A stretch of DNA of 64,000 bases from an uncultured virus (IMG/VR IMGVR_UViG_3300025433_000003). Its lineage: Duplodnaviria > Heunggongvirae > Uroviricota > Caudoviricetes. The translations under genes and the position numbers were made by a program. Positions within the stretch are counted from its first letter, which is position 1. Each line of letters opens with the position of its first letter. Location: the IMG/VR virus record IMGVR_UViG_3300025433_000003; one strand, written 5' to 3'. Under the pieces are notes generated by a model. The model ran no database searches. It was not told where the DNA came from and saw only the letters and a list, made by a program, of their open reading frames with translations. Of this stretch, positions 1 to 7,148 are shown piece after piece.

Positions 1-417
1 GATGGTCTCCATATTAGTGTCTTGGCGATTCTAGTAATTTATAGATTCTTAAGAGATTATATCGAAGACGGAAATTTATCAGTAGTATTGCCGCCTTTGT
101 TTGGTGTACAATTAAAAAATGAATATAAATTATTGTATTCACACGAAGAAGCTCAACAACCAGCATATGCTGGTCATCACATTACCAGGTTTAAAGGGTT
201 AGGAGAAATGAATCCTGACCAACTTGAGTTATGTATTAGGAACAACATGGAATATGTTGTGACTATGCCTGACACAAAAGAAAAATTAAATAATTCTTTA
301 GATGTAATTGTGAATACGGAATTGAAAAAACAAATTATGACAATCCCAAAATTCACATTCAATACAGTATTGAGCAAGGTGCTTGATACTAATAAAAGTC
401 CTAACCCACTTAAATAA
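1..417 (+). CDS. Type IIA topoisomerase subunit B, C-terminal part (5'-truncated by window edge)
   Basis: Frame open from base 1 (DGLHISVL...). Contains PPLF and ITRFKGLGEMNPDQL, typical of the GyrB/ParE C-terminus. Confidence 0.9.
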   Translation, partial: DGLHISVLAILVIYRFLRDYIEDGNLSVVLPPLFGVQLKNEYKLLYSHEEAQQPAYAGHHITRFKGLGEMNPDQLELCIRNNMEYVVTMPDTKEKLNNSLDVIVNTELKKQIMTIPKFTFNTVLSKVLDTNKSPNPLK

Positions 418-428
418 GGAAAAACAAA

Positions 429-1043
429 ATGACTGATTTTACTGCACCCCCGGCATTCACTGCTCCCAAAACTGCTCTTTCTGCTGCTCCCAAAGCTGCT
501 CCCAAAGCTGCTCCTGCTGCTCCTTCTACTCCCCCTCAGACAGCACCTGTAGGCGTTCCCCCTGTAGCAGCGACTGGAACTCCTGTTCCCCCTGCTCCTA
601 TTGATGCTCCTGCTGCTGTCGAAGTTGCTCCTGATGAAAAGAAGAAACAGGTTCGACTGGCAACTAAAATCATCGGAAAAGATGAGATCAAATTCGTAGT
701 ACAGAATGTAGCTACGATGGGCTACAAAGAAATGGGAGATAAAATTGGACTGACAAAGCATCAGGTGAATAGAATTCTGCAGACTTTGAAAGAAGGTCTC
801 AGAAAAAGTGCCATTGATGGAGCCTTAGCCGATGATGAAAAGGCATATGGTGAGCGGATAACAAAGAAAGGGGATGTCAAGGCGGATTACAATAGTCCGT
901 TGACGGACTTTGCTCAAAAGGTCGAGAATAAGATTCTAAAAAGTCTTTCCCGTCCCAGTGATTCCCAGCCCGGTTCCAAAGGCGGAGGAAAGGCCAAACA
1001 GGCTCTTGACAGCACTCTTGATGCGATGTTGGCAGATCTCTAG
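429..1043 (+). CDS. Hypothetical protein with Pro/Ala-rich N-terminus and possible HTH
   Basis: AGGA RBS upstream, PKAA repeats, HTH-like MGYKEMGDKIGLTKHQVNRIL, followed by a terminator. Confidence 0.7.
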   Translation: MTDFTAPPAFTAPKTALSAAPKAAPKAAPAAPSTPPQTAPVGVPPVAATGTPVPPAPIDAPAAVEVAPDEKKKQVRLATKIIGKDEIKFVVQNVATMGYKEMGDKIGLTKHQVNRILQTLKEGLRKSAIDGALADDEKAYGERITKKGDVKADYNSPLTDFAQKVENKILKSLSRPSDSQPGSKGGGKAKQALDSTLDAMLADL

Positions 1044-1077
1044 GATCTATTTTAAGTAACCATAGTTAGTTAAACCG

Positions 1078-1120
1078 AATCAGGATTTAGAAGTAATATT
1101 CTAAGTCCTGATTTTTTATT
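1078..1120 (+). terminator. Intrinsic terminator
   Basis: AATCAGGATTTAGAA / TTCTAAGTCCTGATT inverted repeat followed by a T-tract. Confidence 0.75.
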
Positions 1121-1151
1121 TAAAGGATATTGATTCTAATATAGGGTTTTT

Positions 1152-2756
1152 ATGGCAAAACCAAAAAAACAAATCAAAAAAATTGAATTAAATTTCATAA
1201 CATTTTTAAAAGAGTTAACTCAATTCTTAAATAAAGACAACTACGATATCAAAATTATTTTAAACTTGATAGAAAAATACGATGTTTCTCCACAATTCTT
1301 ATTTAAGAGATTGATTGCATATTCATATAATAATCCATACATAATATGGTATGTGAATAAGTATATGAACAGTAAGTTTGAATTTTATAAATACGATGTT
1401 GAAAATATATTAATTAGTGTTAAATATTTATTAAAGACTAATAATCATAATAGATTATTTTTTTTCAAAGCTAAAGATTTTAAAGACGAAAATAAGTCTA
1501 AAGTTAAAGTTCTATTAAAAGAATATTATTCAACAATAAATAGAAAATATTTAAATGATTTAGAATTAAATCATTTATATTTAATGTTTTCGAAAAATGT
1601 AATTACTATTGACGATCTTCAAAAAATGAACCAAATTTTAAATGGAGAAAAGACTAAGTTTAGTATTTCTGAAAATACTTTATCATCAACTATTGATTCG
1701 AATAAACCTCAAGTAGACACAGCTAAAATTGAAGAGTATATTAATTATCACATTAGTAAATTACTACCAGATAATATTTATTCTTTTATAACTGAACTGC
1801 AAGAGAAGAAGAATCAACTTTGTGAAAAATGTCCATTGTTTAGTAAAACTATGATATCATTAGACACTAATGTTCCAGACTTTCAACCTGTTGATTTTAT
1901 GTTTATAATGTTAAATCCTGGTAATGAAGAAGTGACGTATAAAAAATTGTGTGTTGGTAAAAGTGGAAAATTACTCAGAAGTAATATGTTTCAATTAAAT
2001 TCAAAAATATCTTGGGTGATTACTAATGTAATCCAATGTAATGCTGCAACTCAAAAAGATATTGGTAAGACAGAGAAAGCTATTAAACTTGTTGCAAATA
2101 AATGTAAACCATTCTTAGATGAAATTATTAAAAAGTTTCCTGCAAAATATTATGTTTTAGTTGGAAAACATTCTATGGAATCATTTGGAATAAAAGGTTC
2201 AATTACACAAAAAAGTGGATCAATCCAAACTGTAAATAATAACGTTGTAATTCCATTGATTCATCCTAGTTCTCTTATCAGAAACGATAATAACAGACCT
2301 GTTTATGATAAATCTTGGCAAGCAATCTATCAAATTGCAAATAAATTAACAAATTCACAAGCTGACAATAATAAACAAATTGATTCTGCAATTAATAAAC
2401 AGACACAACCAGAAATTAAAGTTTCTACAAATAAGTATAATATTGATGATTCAAAATTAATTACAGTAGATATTATCCCAGAAGATATGACATATTTTGA
2501 TAGTGTTAATTTAGATGGAAATGAAATATTGAATATTTTTATTCAAAACAAAACTTGTACGAAATTTTATCGGATTGTTGAATATAAAGTACCTATATTT
2601 ATTAAAAATATTACAGATTATAAAGAATGTAATATGTTAAATCAAGGATTTGAATCTGTTACTTATGTCAATGGTTGGAATAAATACAAGTTGTCGAAAG
2701 CCCTGAAAGATAATTTAATCAAACATCAATATGCTGCATTGAGTCAAAAAGGATAA
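1152..2756 (+). CDS. Uracil-DNA glycosylase superfamily domain protein (Fe-S type) with C-terminal PolB N-terminal-domain-like segment
   Basis: CEKCPL..MLNPGNEE..VGKSGKLL..ITNVIQC..CKPFLDEII..LVGK..IHPS matches the family-4-like UDG pattern. The C-terminal YFDSVNLDGNEILNIF..RIVEYKVPIF resembles the T4/RB69 gp43 N-terminus. Confidence 0.75.
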   Translation: MAKPKKQIKKIELNFITFLKELTQFLNKDNYDIKIILNLIEKYDVSPQFLFKRLIAYSYNNPYIIWYVNKYMNSKFEFYKYDVENILISVKYLLKTNNHNRLFFFKAKDFKDENKSKVKVLLKEYYSTINRKYLNDLELNHLYLMFSKNVITIDDLQKMNQILNGEKTKFSISENTLSSTIDSNKPQVDTAKIEEYINYHISKLLPDNIYSFITELQEKKNQLCEKCPLFSKTMISLDTNVPDFQPVDFMFIMLNPGNEEVTYKKLCVGKSGKLLRSNMFQLNSKISWVITNVIQCNAATQKDIGKTEKAIKLVANKCKPFLDEIIKKFPAKYYVLVGKHSMESFGIKGSITQKSGSIQTVNNNVVIPLIHPSSLIRNDNNRPVYDKSWQAIYQIANKLTNSQADNNKQIDSAINKQTQPEIKVSTNKYNIDDSKLITVDIIPEDMTYFDSVNLDGNEILNIFIQNKTCTKFYRIVEYKVPIFIKNITDYKECNMLNQGFESVTYVNGWNKYKLSKALKDNLIKHQYAALSQKG

Positions 2757-2762
2757 TTAATT

Positions 2763-4121
2763 ATGTGGTGCTACTTATCAATCGAACACGAAGAACAATA
2801 CCTTAGAAAATATCCCAAATTTCAAGAGTATTGGTCAGAACTAATTATATTGAAAACTGAAAAAACTTATTTTTTACCAAGATTGTTTTATTATAATTAT
2901 CCAGCTACAGAATTGGTTCAATATTTTGGGAAAGTTAAAGTTCCTATGGGACATATTGATTTAAAGTTTAGTGGTAAATTACGTCCTGCTCAAAAAGAAG
3001 CTGCTAAAGTTGTTGAAGATCTATTCTTTAAACAACAATATGTTAACGCAATCTTAAAACTTCCTCCAGGTTCTGGAAAAACTGTTCTAGCTGTTTATCT
3101 TGCAATTAAATTAAAATTAAAAACTTGTATAGTTATTGATAATAGTGAATTGTTAAAGCAATGGATTGTTGCAATTATGTCGTTCGGCAATTTGACCGAA
3201 AATGATATTGGATTAATCCGTGGAAAGATTTATAATGTTGACAAACCATTTACGATTGCTATGACACAATCACTTGGGTCTCAATTAAAAAGAAATTTTA
3301 ATCCATTTATGAAGAAGATAGATAAAGCTCAATTTGGGTTAGTTATCTATGACGAAGTACATTGTACATCATCATCTGAAATGTTTGCAAAGGTAAGTGT
3401 TTTCTTTCGAACTCGTAATGTTCTAGGATTATCTGCAACACCATTTCATAATGGTTGTGCTGAAGTGCTAATGAAAAACACAATTGGTAATATTGAATAT
3501 GAGTCAAAAGAATATGAAATGACTCCTAATTACAATCTTGTGTTTTATAATAGTGGGCTTCAAAAATATACTTTCGTCATGAATAAAATGACTGATTATA
3601 TTCAGAAGAAATCATATTATAATAAGATACTTGTACAGAGTGAAGCTTATCTTGATCTGATTGCTAGACTTTCTCAAAAGATGAGGACGGAAGGTCATAA
3701 TATAATTATCATATGTATGACAAAGAAACAGGTTAATTTGATTTCTGATCGCCTTACAGATGCAGGACTTGAAAATAGAAAATTCACTGGTACTGATCGA
3801 GAGATTGATAAAGAAAATGATACTCTTCTCGTGTGTACTTATCAAATGGTGGGCAAGGGATTTGACATGTCACGTCTAAGCGGGTTGATTCTTGCATCAC
3901 TGTTTTCTGGAAAGAAATCATTAATTCAAATTTGTGGTCGTGTACTTCGTTCTGAACCAGGTAAACTCAAACCAGCAATCTATGATTTAATAGATGGTGC
4001 GTTCCCCATGTTCACCATACCAGAAATTCGTAGAAAGAAGAAAATTATCACTGAAGAATTTCCTGGATGCAAAATTCGAGAATTTGATATAACTAAATCA
4101 CAGGATCAAATAGGAAATTAA
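2763..4121 (+). CDS. SF2 DNA helicase (UvsW/XPB-like)
   Basis: LRPAQ Q-motif, PPGSGKT, DEVH, LSATP, GFD, QICGRVLR. Confidence 0.9.
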   Translation: MWCYLSIEHEEQYLRKYPKFQEYWSELIILKTEKTYFLPRLFYYNYPATELVQYFGKVKVPMGHIDLKFSGKLRPAQKEAAKVVEDLFFKQQYVNAILKLPPGSGKTVLAVYLAIKLKLKTCIVIDNSELLKQWIVAIMSFGNLTENDIGLIRGKIYNVDKPFTIAMTQSLGSQLKRNFNPFMKKIDKAQFGLVIYDEVHCTSSSEMFAKVSVFFRTRNVLGLSATPFHNGCAEVLMKNTIGNIEYESKEYEMTPNYNLVFYNSGLQKYTFVMNKMTDYIQKKSYYNKILVQSEAYLDLIARLSQKMRTEGHNIIIICMTKKQVNLISDRLTDAGLENRKFTGTDREIDKENDTLLVCTYQMVGKGFDMSRLSGLILASLFSGKKSLIQICGRVLRSEPGKLKPAIYDLIDGAFPMFTIPEIRRKKKIITEEFPGCKIREFDITKSQDQIGN

Positions 4122-4125
4122 CTAT

Positions 4126-5538
4126 ATGCAAAGTAAGAATTTTCTAGAAAAAGACTTTTATAAGACCGTTGAAATTAAAGGTCGTTTAAAGAAAGTGCTG
4201 TACTCAGATAGTGTTGCTAAATATACGGAAACTATTATTAAAAGAAGTAATCGTAATCGTTGTTGTACAATAACATTTGATAAATTGTGGGACGAATTAT
4301 TATCTTATGGTAATATAATAACATATCAAGATGGTAAAGAATATATTTTTATTATTGATGATAAAATTAAGATATTAACTTATGATATTAAAACTGATAA
4401 AATGGTTCTTGATGTTCCTGAATATATTATGAGACATAAAGTAGATACTAAATTAGTTCAATTATCATTAAGTCCAACAAAAACTCTCGACATTACTAAT
4501 AATCATTCTTTGTTAAAATACAATAACAAAACAAAAGATTTTGATATAATTAAACCTATAGAATGTGAATATCTCCCTATAATTAATATTGACGATAATA
4601 AAGAATTATTAATTTTGGGAGAACCAATTGACAATCTTAAAAATATTAAGTCGTTGAAAACAAGTATTATTAACAAAATTGACTATGATGATTATGTGTA
4701 CGATTTATGTATTCCACAGACTCAAACTTTTATTGCTAATTTTTGTGTAGTTCATAACACTGACAGTATCTTCATCACAATTCCAACAAAAGAAGATGCA
4801 AGTCAATTAGCTCCAGATGAACTCTGGAACAAAGCAATTGAAGCTTCGAATGGAATCAATGATTTAATTATTGATTATACTAAAGATGTTTTATTACCAA
4901 GATGTAATATTAAACCTGAACACAATCAAACTTTCTTTAAAACAGAGTTGTTAATGGAATCGATTATGTTCCTTGATACCAAAAAAAGATACGCTTTCAA
5001 ACTGTTAATTAAGGAGGGGAACCCATTAAAAAAACCTAAAGTTTTCTATACAGGTATAGATGTAATCAAATCAAATGTTGCAAAATTAACTCAAGATTTA
5101 TTAAAAGAAATAATTGAAAATATTGCTTTGAATGCAGAAATTCTTCCAGAAAATAAACGACAAGTGTTAATCGACACAATCGGAAAATTCTATACTAAAT
5201 TTAATCAATGTGTAGATAATCTTGAAACTGATTATGTGGGGATTCCAGGGAAATGGGCTCGGTTAAAAAATATGATCAGTGGAATGAAATTATATAATCA
5301 TATAATGAATGAACCTATATTTGAACCTAGTTCATCTGCTAAATTTGTTTATATTCACCCAGTAACAATTGGTGAATTTAAAAATGTAAATGGAATATGT
5401 CTCCCGTATGAATTTAATACAGAACTTGTAAAAGAAAAATTTAACATATTTAAAATTAAAATTGATCGTAAACTTCATTGGAGTAAAGTTTATAATAAGA
5501 CTTGTGAAAGAGTTGTTGATCTCCTTAAAAAAAGTTGA
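4126..5538 (+). CDS. Family B DNA polymerase, C-terminal subunit (motif C and thumb), intein-containing
   Basis: Removing the intein restores VLYSD-TDSIF (motif C). Also KKRYA and YTGIDVIKSN. Confidence 0.88.
   Translation: MQSKNFLEKDFYKTVEIKGRLKKVLYSDSVAKYTETIIKRSNRNRCCTITFDKLWDELLSYGNIITYQDGKEYIFIIDDKIKILTYDIKTDKMVLDVPEYIMRHKVDTKLVQLSLSPTKTLDITNNHSLLKYNNKTKDFDIIKPIECEYLPIINIDDNKELLILGEPIDNLKNIKSLKTSIINKIDYDDYVYDLCIPQTQTFIANFCVVHNTDSIFITIPTKEDASQLAPDELWNKAIEASNGINDLIIDYTKDVLLPRCNIKPEHNQTFFKTELLMESIMFLDTKKRYAFKLLIKEGNPLKKPKVFYTGIDVIKSNVAKLTQDLLKEIIENIALNAEILPENKRQVLIDTIGKFYTKFNQCVDNLETDYVGIPGKWARLKNMISGMKLYNHIMNEPIFEPSSSAKFVYIHPVTIGEFKNVNGICLPYEFNTELVKEKFNIFKIKIDRKLHWSKVYNKTCERVVDLLKKS
4210..4758 (+). 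mobile_element. Mini-intein (183 aa) in PolB motif C
   Basis: Starts SVAKYTETII, has block B LDITNNHSL, ends YVYDLCIPQTQTFIANFCVVHN followed by Thr. No endonuclease motifs. Confidence 0.9.
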
Positions 5539-5565
5539 ATAGGTTTTTAATAATATCAACTTTTA

Positions 5566-5574
5566 TATATAAAT
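5566..5574 (+). promoter_or_regulatory. Recurrent TATATAAAT phage promoter-like motif (also at 12555, 13504, 13960, 29501, 34495, 37762, 51046, 60664)
   Basis: Nine intergenic copies, mostly shortly upstream of gene starts. 5561-5587 is identical to 13955-13981. Confidence 0.65.
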
Positions 5575-5643
5575 TATTAATGTATAACACTTTATTTTCA
5601 AATTTCAAAATTCAAAATTTAGCAAAAAAAAGGAAATTTAAAA

Positions 5644-6270
5644 ATGGAAATATCAATTACCCGAGCACTCGCCGAATGCAAACTTCTTGAAAAACGAATC
5701 ACAAAAAAAACTAACGAATATACACCGATTATCATCCAGAAAGGGGAAGACAGTATTCCAGGATTTGGTGAAGTTGACAAGTTTAAAAAATATTCATTGG
5801 CAGAACACTTGTCTATTATTGATTTGACTAATCGACGAATGGTTATTAAAAGAGCGATTATTTTGTCGAACACACAGACTAAAATTACTATTAATGAAGA
5901 AGAAATGTCAGTGACAGAAGCAATTGATTTCAAAAATATTATTATATTGTGGGAACAGTTATTTGTTCGATTGAGAAGAGAAAAAGCATCGATTACTGAA
6001 AAATACGAATATTTGATGGAATCAGTTAATGAAAGACTAGATACATTACTGATGGCGAATCTGAATAAAGATAAATCAAAAATCAAGCCTGACGAAATGG
6101 AAAGCATTTCAGCTCCATTTTTGAAACGTAATGCTCCAAAAATTATTGACCCTATTGACATTACCGGTAAAATCAACGACCTTGAACACAAAATTAACGA
6201 ATTTAAATTAAACATAGATTTTATTCTTTCAGAGTCAAACTCCCGGACTTTGATAAATATTGCTGATTAA
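5644..6270 (+). CDS. Helical/coiled-coil hypothetical protein (tentatively DIP1984-like) upstream of a structured repeat RNA
   Basis: Good RBS. ISITRALAECKLLEKRI at the N-terminus, MSVTEAI in the middle, IDFILSESNSRTLINI at the C-terminus. Family similarity is from memory only. Confidence 0.75.
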   Translation: MEISITRALAECKLLEKRITKKTNEYTPIIIQKGEDSIPGFGEVDKFKKYSLAEHLSIIDLTNRRMVIKRAIILSNTQTKITINEEEMSVTEAIDFKNIIILWEQLFVRLRREKASITEKYEYLMESVNERLDTLLMANLNKDKSKIKPDEMESISAPFLKRNAPKIIDPIDITGKINDLEHKINEFKLNIDFILSESNSRTLINIAD

Positions 6271-6279
6271 AAAAATAAT

Positions 6280-6614
6280 ATAGTGAGTATACCGAGGATT
6301 AAAATTCAGACTGGTCTTTCAAGGGCTGACCAAAAAAATGCCCTTCAGTTTCCAACTCATACTTGGAAAACACTTAAATGGTGTAATAATCATTAGATTA
6401 TTACTAGTATTAGACCCATAAAGTCTAATTACAAGGAGCTATTATAGCGCCTGACATTTAAAGTTTAAATTTCAAAGATTAAAATTCAACGATTAAAACT
6501 TAAAGGTTAAACCATCAAATCTTAAAAGTCAAATCTAAAATTTTATAAAATCCTTGAGTAATTAAAAAAGTTTGTCTGATCCTGTAAATCGAACGAGGCT
6601 GGTATGCTTACTAT
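6280..6614 (+). ncRNA. Putative structured ncRNA with internal 7-nt repeat array
   Basis: 14-bp closing helix 6280-6293/6601-6614, H-type pseudoknot 6312-6345, hairpins at 6349-6369, 6383-6404 and 6409-6429, long-range pairings 6294-6300/6549-6555 and 6306-6311/6574-6579. No ORF. Confidence 0.7.
6457..6541 (+). repeat. Degenerate tandem heptamer array NTYAAAN, about 12 units
   Basis: tttaaag tttaaat ttcaaag attaaaa ttcaacg attaaaa cttaaag gttaaac (c) atcaaat cttaaaa gtcaaat ctaaaat. Confidence 0.8.
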
Positions 6615-6658
6615 CTTAACAATTTTATAAATAGTCTTAAAAAAAAGGAAACCAAAAA

Positions 6659-7036
6659 ATGACTGAAGAGAGTACTGTTATTGAAAAAATTGATAATAAA
6701 ATTATAGGCAAACTAGATCTAATTGAACTAGTTTGCGAAAAAGGTAATTTCACTAAATCAGAATCAACAAGAGCTATTGAATGTGTACTGTCAATTATTA
6801 AAGATAGTGTAAAGAACGAAAAAGAAGTTCAGATTAGAAAGTTCGGTAGTTTTATTCCTGCAATTCAAAAAGCTTTCACTGGTAGAAATCCCAGCACAGG
6901 TGAGTCTATTGAAGTAGCTGAGAAAAAGACTCTTCGATTTAAACCATCTAAATTATTTAAGAAGTATATTAACGACGAAGTATCTGATAATGATAACGAC
7001 GATGAAGATGAAGATGAACTTGTTGAAGATGAATAG
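6659..7036 (+). CDS. HU/IHF family DNA-binding protein with acidic tail
   Basis: VQIRKFGSF..FTGRNPSTGESIEVAEKKTLRFKPSKLFK. Confidence 0.92.
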   Translation: MTEESTVIEKIDNKIIGKLDLIELVCEKGNFTKSESTRAIECVLSIIKDSVKNEKEVQIRKFGSFIPAIQKAFTGRNPSTGESIEVAEKKTLRFKPSKLFKKYINDEVSDNDNDDEDEDELVEDE

Positions 7037-7148
7037 CGATTAAAGATTATTAAAGGCATTGTCACAATACATTATATTGAACACATGTATTGTTGGCGAT
7101 GCCTATTTATTTTAACATTTAACATTAATCAAAGGGTTCATTTAAAAA

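Noticed and set aside
177..761. Minus-strand 194-aa ORF and the other minus-strand ORFs in the track
   Set aside because: They are shadows of well-supported + strand genes or introns and show no recognisable motifs.
6457..6541. Repeat array as CRISPR or simple microsatellite
   Set aside because: Units are 7 nt, degenerate and spacer-free. No CRISPR array or cas gene was seen in the window.
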